Shown here piece after piece: positions 1-8,733 of a stretch of 64,000 bases of DNA. Within the stretch, counting starts at the first letter, position 1, and each line of letters opens with the position of its first letter. Both the position numbers and the translations under genes were made by a program. The stretch comes from a virus (taxonomy: Duplodnaviria > Caudoviricetes): positions 570-64,569 of IMG/VR virus record IMGVR_UViG_3300012036_000007; one strand, given 5' to 3'. Under the pieces are notes generated by a model that worked only from the letters and a program-made list of their open reading frames with translations, had not been told where the DNA came from and made no database searches.

Positions 1-1
1 A

Positions 2-187
2 CCACTTTCGGAAGAAAACGAAGAAAAACTGAAGCAAGCGCAAGAGAAGCTTGAGGCGATGCGAACGGAGTTTGCCGAGCTGCGTCAGAACTCAGTCGAT
101 GAAACGCCTAGGGATCAAATCAAGAAGTCGCTTACCGAGATCATCGGCATCATCCAAGGCATTCGCAAACGCAAAACACTCGACTAA
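2..187 (+). CDS. 3' end of a hypothetical coiled-coil protein (truncated by window)
   Basis: Frame 2 is open from the window edge (PLSEENEEKLKQAQEKLEAMR...KTLD*) to TAA at 185-187. Confidence 0.6.
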   Translation, partial: PLSEENEEKLKQAQEKLEAMRTEFAELRQNSVDETPRDQIKKSLTEIIGIIQGIRKRKTLD

Positions 188-451
188 CCCACTCCATAGC
201 TAGACCGCAAACCTCTTCAAAAGACACGGAACAAACTCGCCAAAATAGATCGCATACCCACTTGCTTGGGCGTAAGAAAGTAACTACACTTCACCCATCT
301 GACGGCGACAAGCGTTCTGTTTGCTTTCGCCACAAGCCACGGATAGATGGAGTGAAGGCAATGCAGATCAGAAAGCGTTTTCAAGCGTATCTGGGCAATC
401 TCTTAGCCCGTCTGCCCATGGTTCTCAACACGAATCGAAAAGGCAGTTCCG

Positions 452-1066
452 ATGACAACATCCAACGAATTAGCGGTCATTCTAGTCGGCATGAAATCGA
501 TGCTCCACCGGCGATATGTGGGCAAGCTTCGTAAGATCTCGCATCGCGAGGACACCGACGACCTATTCCAGGTCACGGCCATGAACGCCCATGCAGCACT
601 TCCGAGGTGCAGGGCAGAAACAACCGAAGAGATTCAACGCTGGGTGATGACCATCGCGGCCAATGCCGTCCGGTCCAAGATCCGGAGCCACAAGGCAAGC
701 CGTAAGCGATCGATCGAGCAGGAAGATACCTCGCTTGAGTTCGCGCATCCGACGAGTGAAGACAGGCAAGTTCAGCGGGTCTTCGACAAAGAGCAGTTGA
801 AATTTATTCACGACTGTATCGACCGCATGAATCGTCGCGCAAGGCCGGTTTTCGTTGACCGGGTGATTTACGGCATGAGCTACGAAGAGCTGTCGGAGAA
901 GCATCAGATCGATATTAAGCCGCTCCGGAGTCTTGTCTATCGCAACATCCAGTTTGTAAAAAACGAGATGCAGCAACGGAACCTGCCAGGGTTCGACCTG
1001 CCTGACCCCGGCAATGACTACGACCCGTTTCTGAGCGACGAATACGACGACCTCCACGACAACTGA
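452..1066 (+). CDS. ECF-type sigma-70 factor (Planctomycete-type), paralog 1
   Basis: Region 2 DTDDLFQVTAMNAH...EIQRWVMTIAAN, KRSIEQE linker, region 4 HTH GMSYEELSEKHQIDIKPLRSLVYR; paralog at 32367. Confidence 0.8.
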   Translation: MTTSNELAVILVGMKSMLHRRYVGKLRKISHREDTDDLFQVTAMNAHAALPRCRAETTEEIQRWVMTIAANAVRSKIRSHKASRKRSIEQEDTSLEFAHPTSEDRQVQRVFDKEQLKFIHDCIDRMNRRARPVFVDRVIYGMSYEELSEKHQIDIKPLRSLVYRNIQFVKNEMQQRNLPGFDLPDPGNDYDPFLSDEYDDLHDN

Positions 1067-1073
1067 GCCCCAC

Positions 1074-1388
1074 ATGCTTGCCGTCAATCTTCCTGAATTC
1101 CATGGCCTCTGCTCAATCGGGCAATGGAATTTGTGGATCGAGTCTTTCAAAGACGGACGGGCGTTGATTCAGATCGAGGCATTCACGCCTACAGTTGTGA
1201 ATGGCCACGAGTTGGGAAAAGGAATGAGCTGGTCGAGTGAGGTAACGCTTGATCGGCGGCGTCCAATAAATGTCGCGATAGATGAATGCGAAGTCTATCT
1301 CCATCGGATTAAGAACCGGGTTCGGATCGCGATCGCTGCCCCGCAGGATGTCCGACTACGAAGAATCGAAAAGGAACCGAGTAAGTGA
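1074..1388 (+). CDS. Protein with C-terminal CsrA/RsmA-like domain
   Basis: CEVYLHRIKNRVRIAIAAPQDVRLRRIE resembles the CsrA core V(R/K)IGI.AP.dV.I.R.E. Confidence 0.65.
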   Translation: MLAVNLPEFHGLCSIGQWNLWIESFKDGRALIQIEAFTPTVVNGHELGKGMSWSSEVTLDRRRPINVAIDECEVYLHRIKNRVRIAIAAPQDVRLRRIEKEPSK

Positions 1389-2884
1389 TTAGCCAAGCCA
1401 AGCCCTCTGCTGAGATAGTTTTCAACACTCGAATCAAAGAGTCGTTGGTTGAGATGCGAGTCGAAGAATGGGGCGAACTCGAGGATTCGATTCGCAACCA
1501 CGGCGTGAGGGATGCGGTTGTGGTTTGGGATGACGGTGAGCGTCTCACGATGGTCGACGGTCATGCCCGGTACAAGATTGCTCGCCAGTGTGGGGTGCCG
1601 TTCAAAATCCACAAGATGCGGTTTGATTCGATCGATGAAGCTATCGCATTCCGGCAGTCAACTCAGGTCGGCAGGCGGAATCTCACTCCATCGGTTTTCA
1701 AGGCCATGCTTGGCAAGCTGGTAGCCAATCGTGGTGACAAGTCAGTTGAGGACATCGCGAGAGAGAACGGGGTCAGCACCCGCACGGCCAATCGAGCTGG
1801 TGCACGCGAGGAAGTAACTAAGGCTCTCAAGTCGATGGGTCAAAAGAAGCTGGCGGACAAGTTGTCCGAGGCCCCGCAGAAGGCTGTCGATGCGGTCAAC
1901 AAGGAGTTGAGGGTCGCGAAGTCACCCAAGGAAGTTATCGAAAAGAGTCGAGAGGTCTTGGTCAGTCCGCCTAAGCCGACGCCCAAGCCGGTAGCTAAGC
2001 CAGCGGTTAAAGACGTGGCGTCTGACTATGCGTCGGTTACGGGGCAGGTTGACAAGTTGTCCGAGGACGACAGGCGGAAGTTGCTTGACAAGTTGTCCGA
2101 AGAGTTTGGCTCCACCAACAAAAACGTTGGTCAATCGAATGACAACTTGTCTGAAGATGAAATCAAGCCGCTGGCCAAGCGACGGATTCATCGGCGTGAT
2201 GAGGTCGATCGTGTGGTGATGGATCTTGGGATTCTCGGAGATGGCGACTTCATCCACGCGATTGAAATGGCATGCGAGCATCGAAGGATTCGTACCCGAA
2301 GAGCGATCGAGCTGATCATTGTCTCGCTGGTTGCTCGATTACCCGAGAGGAACCGAAAAGACGTTCAAATGCCCATGTTTTGCGATGCGGCGCAAGACAT
2401 TCCCTTGCCGGCGTCGATCGACACCCCAAAGAATCGAGAGGCGTGGAATCGATGGTGCAAGAATTTGGATCAGAAAGGCGTGCCGCTATCGGGTGCTGAG
2501 GCGGAGGCGGAGTTGTCTCGCCTTGGAAGGTGCAAGCCGAGCAGCATTCCGAAGATGATCGAGCAGGCATTACGGCAGAGGCAGACAATTTTGCCCCGTG
2601 CTACCCAGCTAGAGGCCTTCGATGAGGCACCCACGATGGAGGAAGTCATGGGGTACGCCAAGGCAAGTAAGAGTATCACCACCGATGGCAAGCTGTTCTT
2701 TCTAACGAAGGACGCGAAGGGCTGGGAGGGCGTCAGTGATTGGCGGAAGGCCTTGCACGCATGGAATGGCTGGGACGAGAAGCGTGCGAAAGACGAATTG
2801 CGCAAGAAGCCCAACGTGGGCGAGAAATGGGACCCGTCATTGAAGACCGGGGTCGTTAGTTACGGGCCTCTTTCCCGTAAGTAG
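1385..2884 (+). CDS. ParB-like N-terminal domain + HTH; probable replication initiator
   Basis: LEDSIRNHGVRDAVVVW...MVDGHARYKIA and GRRNLT ParB motifs, HTH VEDIARENGVSTRT; directly upstream of dnaC/dnaB-like genes. Confidence 0.65.
   Translation: MISQAKPSAEIVFNTRIKESLVEMRVEEWGELEDSIRNHGVRDAVVVWDDGERLTMVDGHARYKIARQCGVPFKIHKMRFDSIDEAIAFRQSTQVGRRNLTPSVFKAMLGKLVANRGDKSVEDIARENGVSTRTANRAGAREEVTKALKSMGQKKLADKLSEAPQKAVDAVNKELRVAKSPKEVIEKSREVLVSPPKPTPKPVAKPAVKDVASDYASVTGQVDKLSEDDRRKLLDKLSEEFGSTNKNVGQSNDNLSEDEIKPLAKRRIHRRDEVDRVVMDLGILGDGDFIHAIEMACEHRRIRTRRAIELIIVSLVARLPERNRKDVQMPMFCDAAQDIPLPASIDTPKNREAWNRWCKNLDQKGVPLSGAEAEAELSRLGRCKPSSIPKMIEQALRQRQTILPRATQLEAFDEAPTMEEVMGYAKASKSITTDGKLFFLTKDAKGWEGVSDWRKALHAWNGWDEKRAKDELRKKPNVGEKWDPSLKTGVVSYGPLSRK
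1856..2151. repeat. Four palindromic GACAA(G/C)TTGTC repeats; candidate origin iterons
   Basis: Copies at 1856, 2051, 2087 and 2141, inside the initiator-like gene. Confidence 0.5.
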
Positions 2885-2945
2885 TTTTTAGACCGTGTGT
2901 ACTGTTCCTTAGGGGCAATACGCGCCAACTTTTTGAAAGGCAGCT

Positions 2946-3584
2946 ATGAGTGCAGACAAGAAAGCAATGGCATCGTTGAAGTTCGATGAACTTCGGCATC
3001 GAATAGGTAGGCGATTTGACGATGTGTCGTTCAAGACCTACGACATCTACGACGAACATCAGCGAGAGATTTTCGACATGCTGGTGCAGTATTGCGACCG
3101 GTTGGATACCCACGTCCCCGATGGGGTCAATGTGCTCTTGCTTGGCCCATGTGGTACGGGCAAGGATCACCTAGCTATGTCGATAGCGAGAGATGCTGCG
3201 TCCCAAGGCTTCACGACGGTATGGACCGACGGCGAATCGCTGTATTCCGAGCTACGTGATTCGATGGATAGCGAGTCGACAAGCGAGCAAGAAATAATCC
3301 GGAAGTATGTTCAATGTGACATCCTTTGGATTAGCGACCCTGCGCCGACTGTTCCACTTGGCTCGAGATCGATGGGAGCGATAACCGATTACCAAGCTCG
3401 AATGCTTTACCAGATCATCGATATCCGGTACCGCAAGATGAGGCCGGTAGTCATGACCGCCAACTCGACCAACGTCAGTCAGTTTCAAGATCTTATCGGC
3501 CATCGAACATGTGATCGGATCGCCCACAATGGGGTGGTCTTAACATGCGGCTGGGAATCATATCGTCGAAGGGAATCACTATGA
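2946..3584 (+). CDS. DnaC/IstB-like helicase loader ATPase
   Basis: Walker A GPCGTGKDHLA; LYQIIDIRYRKMRPVVMTAN; ATGA overlap with the helicase gene. Confidence 0.85.
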   Translation: MSADKKAMASLKFDELRHRIGRRFDDVSFKTYDIYDEHQREIFDMLVQYCDRLDTHVPDGVNVLLLGPCGTGKDHLAMSIARDAASQGFTTVWTDGESLYSELRDSMDSESTSEQEIIRKYVQCDILWISDPAPTVPLGSRSMGAITDYQARMLYQIIDIRYRKMRPVVMTANSTNVSQFQDLIGHRTCDRIAHNGVVLTCGWESYRRRESL

Positions 3585-4903
3585 GCGACCAAAACGAACG
3601 ACCGATCGAGCGAGACCCATTCGAAGCACTGATCGACACCAACACAGAGCAGGCGTTTTTGGGATGTCTGATTATCGACGAAACGGCCATCCATGAAGTG
3701 ATCGATCAGATTCGGGCCGATGACTTCTATGACGATGGGAATCGAAAACTATTTGAGTTGCTTGTTGAGGCTCGCGAAGACGGGGTGGCGACAACTAACA
3801 TGGTGGCTATCCTCAAGCGAATCAAAGACCAAGGTCTTGGCAATTTTGGAATCGACGGGAAATTCCTAGCGAAGTTGGCAAACATCGTCCCGAATGCCGC
3901 CAACGCCGTAGGGTTTGCCATCGACTTGATCGAGCTGTCCAGGAAGCGTGATCTGTACGAACTCTCCAACACGATCACTCGCAAGGCCTTGTCTGGCAAC
4001 CATACCGCTGTCGAGACAATTGGGCAGGCGTACAAGGTGCTAAGCGACATCGAGGCCCGTGCGTCGATCGAGGTAAAGACATTCAAGGAAGCTTGCGTCG
4101 ATGCCTTGACGCAATTGCGGACCCGATCGGAGGATGGAGGTAAGAAAGGAATGGCCATCGGGATACCGAGATTTGACGAGCATGAAGGCGGGATCGTGAA
4201 AGGCCGGTTGATGACAATCGCAGCACGGCCCGGAGGAGGCAAGACCGCACTAGGGATGCAGATCGTAAGCAATCTGGCAGTGGACGGATTCAAGACCTTG
4301 GTTGTCTCGCTTGAAATGACGAGCACGGAATTAGCGGAGAGGCATCTATCGGGTTGCCCGAATGTGGATCCCAAGCGGATCAAAGACGGGACGCTTGATG
4401 AGTACGATTGGCACACGCTCGAGGCACACGTAGAGGGTTCGAACTATCCGATCTACATCTATTCGCCCCCTCGCGCATCGATACGCCAGATTATGGCGGC
4501 AGTGCGTTCGATGATTCAGAAGCACAAGATCGATGTGGTCTTGATCGACTACTTGCAGATCATTGAGGGTGAGGACTCGCGAATGGATTCATCGAACCGG
4601 ATCACAAGCAATATGCGAGTGATCGACAAGGAGATGGCCGAGCAGCTGGACCTAGCAGTGATCTTGCTTTGTCAGTTGAATCGTGAGGGCAAGGGTAAGA
4701 AGCCGACACTTGGGGAGCTGAAGGGGTCGGGATCGATCGAGCAGGATTCTGACGTGGTGATGACGATCCACAACGAGGGCGAAGAGGACGAACGTCTATT
4801 GTCGGTCCTCAAATATCGCCAGGGTGGTCAGTTCGATATCCCGATGCGATGGGACGGTGCGACTACGACATTCGAGCAAAAATACATGTACGAAGACACG
4901 TAG
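3581..4903 (+). CDS. dnaB: Replicative DNA helicase DnaB-like
   Basis: EQAFLGCLI N-domain, AARPGGGKT, SLEM, IDYLQII, CQLNRE, LKGSGSIEQDSDVV. Confidence 0.93.
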   Translation: MSDQNERPIERDPFEALIDTNTEQAFLGCLIIDETAIHEVIDQIRADDFYDDGNRKLFELLVEAREDGVATTNMVAILKRIKDQGLGNFGIDGKFLAKLANIVPNAANAVGFAIDLIELSRKRDLYELSNTITRKALSGNHTAVETIGQAYKVLSDIEARASIEVKTFKEACVDALTQLRTRSEDGGKKGMAIGIPRFDEHEGGIVKGRLMTIAARPGGGKTALGMQIVSNLAVDGFKTLVVSLEMTSTELAERHLSGCPNVDPKRIKDGTLDEYDWHTLEAHVEGSNYPIYIYSPPRASIRQIMAAVRSMIQKHKIDVVLIDYLQIIEGEDSRMDSSNRITSNMRVIDKEMAEQLDLAVILLCQLNREGKGKKPTLGELKGSGSIEQDSDVVMTIHNEGEEDERLLSVLKYRQGGQFDIPMRWDGATTTFEQKYMYEDT

Positions 4904-4913
4904 GAGAGAAAGC

Positions 4914-4940
4914 GCAATCGCTGGCCAACCACTGCGTCTA
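4914..4940 (+). promoter_or_regulatory. ECF-type promoter GCAATC-N14-GCGTCTA (recombination operon)
   Basis: GCAATC gctggccaaccact GCGTCTA; one of 10 copies. Confidence 0.75.
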
Positions 4941-4975
4941 CTGAGTTGAGTGAAAGATTCAACCGAGGTGAGACG

Positions 4976-5371
4976 ATGCAAGTTAAAGCGATTTGGATAA
5001 TAAAAACACTGGTTTTCGAGACCGAAGATCACAAGCATATTGTGACGGTTTCAAACTGGCCAACGAAGCTGGATGTCACAGACATGCTCCATGCTTTGTG
5101 CGGCAAACCAGAAGACGGTTGCTACACATGGAACGAAGGCATTAACGAGCTTAAGCGAATCATCAGTTTGGTTTGCATGCGTAGCGATCAAATCAATCAA
5201 GAGATTCGTCGCATCGAGCCGTTCACCGATGGTGCCAGCATGCACCTTGCATTGTCGATGGCAACCTTGTTCTTGAGCAAGACGCTCGAAGTTCCAATGA
5301 AGGAAGCGAGAATGCTTGTCTCGCTCAACACAACGGACGTGGATAAGTTCACCGGAGCTATCCATGAATAA
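4976..5371 (+). CDS. Hypothetical protein
   Basis: ORF with GAGGTG RBS before ATG 4976; coupled to the next gene. Confidence 0.6.
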   Translation: MQVKAIWIIKTLVFETEDHKHIVTVSNWPTKLDVTDMLHALCGKPEDGCYTWNEGINELKRIISLVCMRSDQINQEIRRIEPFTDGASMHLALSMATLFLSKTLEVPMKEARMLVSLNTTDVDKFTGAIHE

Positions 5372-6251
5372 TGATCAACTGCTGAGATTTGCCACCCGTG
5401 AAGAGTGGTTGGCTAATCGCAAGAATTCGATTGGCTCTTCCGATGCGGGTGCCATTCTTGGGCACGGATATGCCACTCAAAGCCGGTACACGTTGTGGCT
5501 GGACAAGACGGGGCAATCAGAGGTCGAATTCGATGACCAGACCCAAGAGCGGTTTGCGAAGGGTCACGCTGCTGAGAAATACATCGCGGACCTAGCGCGG
5601 ATTTCGCACGGATGGGAAGTGCAGTTCGACCCCGATCACTCGATGCGGGTTTCGTCGGACATGCCGTATGTGACGGCATCGCTAGACATGTTTGCGATCG
5701 TCGATGGCAAGCCCTGCGTTTTGGAGGCCAAGAATCTTTCGAGCTGGGTGGCAAAGAAGGAGTGGGACGAAGCGGCTGGCAAAGCCCCGTTGAAGTTCTC
5801 GCTTCAGGTGCAGCATCAGTTGCTTGTCACTGGCTGGGATCAGGGTTATTTGGTCGGACTCAACGGCATGGATTTGCTAACCATTCCGGTTCCGAGACAT
5901 GAGCAGATCATTAGCCAGATGAGTGTGGCTTACCGAAAGTTCTGGCATTCGGTTGAGAACCGCATTGAGCCGGAGCTAGATGGCAGCAACGCCACTTATT
6001 CGGCATTGTGTGAAAACAATCGTCCGGTAGAGCGGCAGGTAAAGCACGTAGAAGACACGGAGTCGGAGTTGGTGGAATCCTATTTCTTCGCCGAAGAGAT
6101 GTTGTGTGAGGCGGAGAAAACCCGCAACAAACGACGCAATGAGGTGCTCGGATTGTTTGGTGACAACGAGAGCTTGGTGATGCCCGATGGTAGTTGGGTG
6201 TCGGTTAAAAACGGGCGGGGGAAGACTCGCCGAATCAAGAAAGGTAGATAG
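5364..6251 (+). CDS. YqaJ/lambda-exonuclease-like recombinase nuclease
   Basis: EEWLANRKNSIGSSDAGAILG, KGHAAE, ASLD, LEAK, LQVQHQLLVTG. Confidence 0.9.
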   Translation: MNNDQLLRFATREEWLANRKNSIGSSDAGAILGHGYATQSRYTLWLDKTGQSEVEFDDQTQERFAKGHAAEKYIADLARISHGWEVQFDPDHSMRVSSDMPYVTASLDMFAIVDGKPCVLEAKNLSSWVAKKEWDEAAGKAPLKFSLQVQHQLLVTGWDQGYLVGLNGMDLLTIPVPRHEQIISQMSVAYRKFWHSVENRIEPELDGSNATYSALCENNRPVERQVKHVEDTESELVESYFFAEEMLCEAEKTRNKRRNEVLGLFGDNESLVMPDGSWVSVKNGRGKTRRIKKGR

Positions 6252-6253
6252 AG

Positions 6254-7147
6254 ATGGCAACAGTGACAGAGAATCCCGAAGCGAAAGCACCGGAGAAGAA
6301 ACGAACCCGCGATTTAGCAGTGCCTGAAAGCATGGCATTGCAATCAGTGATGGCAGAGGAGGCAAAGTTTGAGCTAATCCAACGCAAGGCGATGGTGTAC
6401 GCAACAAGTGGCTTGGTCCCGAAGCAGTATCAAGGCAAGTTGCAAGCGGGAAGTGTGATGATCGCGATGAATATCGCGCAGCGAATGGACGTAGATTTGC
6501 TGATGGTGATGCAGAATCTCTACATCGTGCATGGCAATCCAGGCTGGTCCGCGCAGTTTCTTATTGCGTGTTTCAACCAAGGCGGGGACTTCACCGCAAT
6601 TCGGTACAAGTTCGATGGTGAAGGTGATAGCTACGGGTGTACGGCCTATTGCACCGAGAGGGCTACCGGCGATCTGATTGAAGGCACCAAGGTTGACTGG
6701 AAGATGGTCAAGGGCGAGGGCTGGTCGGCAAAAGCCGGATCGAAATGGAAGACCATGCCAGAGCAGATGTTTCGCTACCGGGCGGCAACGTTTTTGGTTC
6801 GAACGACTGCACCTGAAATCGGCATGGGTTTTAAGACCGTTGAGGAGTTGGAGGACATTACGCCAGACAAAAGGCAAGTTGCGGTTGACGATCTTGACGA
6901 ATTGTCCACCGTGTTAGACGCGGAGTACGTTGTTGACGAAGACGATCAGCAAGCTGTCTCGACACTGGAGGCGGACTTTGATGACATCCTCAGAGAGGCC
7001 GATACGGAATCGGAACTCAAGTCATTAGGTGTGACGATCAACGGCGAAAAGAGTCTAGGGGAAGACGGAAGGGGCGTGATGCTCAAACGGGTGCATGCAA
7101 AGCTCAAGGCAATTCAGGAAGCGAAAAAAGCTGATGGCGGTCTCTAA
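6254..7147 (+). CDS. RecT-like single-strand annealing protein
   Basis: SGLVPKQYQG, VMQNLYIVHGNPGWSAQF, WKTMPEQMFRYRAA; follows the YqaJ-like gene. Confidence 0.8.
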   Translation: MATVTENPEAKAPEKKRTRDLAVPESMALQSVMAEEAKFELIQRKAMVYATSGLVPKQYQGKLQAGSVMIAMNIAQRMDVDLLMVMQNLYIVHGNPGWSAQFLIACFNQGGDFTAIRYKFDGEGDSYGCTAYCTERATGDLIEGTKVDWKMVKGEGWSAKAGSKWKTMPEQMFRYRAATFLVRTTAPEIGMGFKTVEELEDITPDKRQVAVDDLDELSTVLDAEYVVDEDDQQAVSTLEADFDDILREADTESELKSLGVTINGEKSLGEDGRGVMLKRVHAKLKAIQEAKKADGGL

Positions 7148-7313
7148 GGTATATCGGTTCGAAGACAATTCGCACTGGCATATTTATCGATACCAGCCGA
7201 CGCAAAAACGCGCTTGCCTGATCGCAGTTTATGAGGATTCGCGGCACCCACGAATAGGATTTTCGCTCAAGCATGTGCTTGGGTTTTTGGGGTGCCTAAG
7301 GGGTGACGAATAA
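7134..7313 (+). CDS. Small hypothetical protein
   Basis: Fills the gap and overlaps both neighbours. Confidence 0.4.
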   Translation: MAVSKVYRFEDNSHWHIYRYQPTQKRACLIAVYEDSRHPRIGFSLKHVLGFLGCLRGDE

Positions 7314-8115
7314 ACGAAGTCCACTTGAAATGCCCGCAACTCTACAAGAGTGGCGGGCTGTATTTGGAGACGATCTTGGTTTTGAAACCAATGTCGATCC
7401 ACGTGCCGTAAGTTTCCCACCCGGCCACCCCGATAAGATTGCTGAGTTGCGTTCCCGGGTCAGCCGAGGGCAGCGATTGTGGCACCCAGACGACAAGCGA
7501 GAAGACTGGGGGGATTTCGTCTTCGATCGATCGACGTGGAAGGCGTACGGTGACCAATCCTTTGGCGTGGTGGTCGGGATGGATCGTAAGGACAGACATC
7601 GGCACGCGATATGGAAGGCCATTGCTGAACCCCTTGGGAATCAGAAGCTTCTCTACATCAATGCCCGGGCTGGCTATGTCGATAGCTTTCAGAAGGATCG
7701 CGAGTTAGAGCAGATCTACCGCCATGCACGCAGGATGGGTGCATCGTTCGTGGCGGTTTGTTCCTTGTTCACAGCGAGATGCAAGCAGGTCAAGGATTTG
7801 CACGAACGCGAGTCATTGATTACCGGCGGTTCGATGCAGTGGATGCGGTGGCTAGCTGGCTGGGTGGACAAGGCGATTGTGTGCTGGGGTGAGACACCGT
7901 TGATGAATCGCCATGCAGATGTTTTGTGGATGCTCTCGCGGACGACCATCAAGGGCCATGTATGGTGTGTCTCATCAAGCGGTGACGAATGGCCACGTGA
8001 GGTGTCCTACAACTTGGGGATGGACCGTTTCGAATTTACTGAGTTGATCGAGGATCACAAAATTGAACACGAAAGAGATGAAATCGATCTTCAAGAAGCA
8101 ATTGACCGGCAGTGA
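7303..8115 (+). CDS. DUF1643-like protein (divergent)
   Basis: HRHAIWK...LLYIN...ARRMG...SLFTAR...DKAIVCWG follows the DUF1643 pattern. Confidence 0.55.
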   Translation: MTNKRSPLEMPATLQEWRAVFGDDLGFETNVDPRAVSFPPGHPDKIAELRSRVSRGQRLWHPDDKREDWGDFVFDRSTWKAYGDQSFGVVVGMDRKDRHRHAIWKAIAEPLGNQKLLYINARAGYVDSFQKDRELEQIYRHARRMGASFVAVCSLFTARCKQVKDLHERESLITGGSMQWMRWLAGWVDKAIVCWGETPLMNRHADVLWMLSRTTIKGHVWCVSSSGDEWPREVSYNLGMDRFEFTELIEDHKIEHERDEIDLQEAIDRQ

Positions 8116-8647
8116 ATTTGAATCTGTTGTTTCGAAGCGGATGGATAAGTATCGAGATGCGGGCGTAGCCGATATTCGCAAGAGTGGCGTTGCAGCGTTT
8201 TACACATCAAGCGGGTGGCAGGTCCAGCAATCTCGCCCTGACTTCGAAGGCATCATGCAAGGGCCGGTTCCGATCGTGTTTGATTGCAAGGCCTGCTCAG
8301 GCCATTCGTTTGGGCTCTCGAAGTACCAAATGCACACCAGCGGCAAAAAGGAATCGCGGCGGTATCAACTGGAGTACATGTTCGATAAGGCCAGTTACGG
8401 CGTGGTAGCGTTTTTCCTTATCCATTGGAACCCACGCGAGTTGAAGACCAAAGCGGCAGAGGCGGTGACGTATGCGTTCCCAGTGCATCGCGAGATGCGG
8501 TTTTGGGACAAGTTCGAGCGTGGCGAAATCAAGTCGATTTCACGCGATGATTGTGATGAGTATGGCCACCGCGTTAGTTGGACGCTGTTCAACAGGTTGG
8601 ACCGAAATATTCAGCCCGACATACGAAATGCCGTTTCGTTGATGTGA
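8078..8647 (+). CDS. RecU-like Holliday junction resolvase
   Basis: GSEFE...YRDAGVADIRK...SRPDFEGI...FDCK...SF matches the RecU PD-(D/E)xK layout. Confidence 0.75.
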   Translation: MKSIFKKQLTGSEFESVVSKRMDKYRDAGVADIRKSGVAAFYTSSGWQVQQSRPDFEGIMQGPVPIVFDCKACSGHSFGLSKYQMHTSGKKESRRYQLEYMFDKASYGVVAFFLIHWNPRELKTKAAEAVTYAFPVHREMRFWDKFERGEIKSISRDDCDEYGHRVSWTLFNRLDRNIQPDIRNAVSLM

Positions 8648-8733
8648 CATGTTGCTTGGATTTGCTTCTAGCTCTACGACAGGTGGGTGTGCGATTGCAC
8701 CGGCCAATTGGGTTCGTAGCAGGCAGCAGGAAC

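Noticed and set aside
2933-2945. Recurrent AAAGGC before several start codons as a special motif
   Set aside because: Adequately explained as an AAAGG Shine-Dalgarno variant
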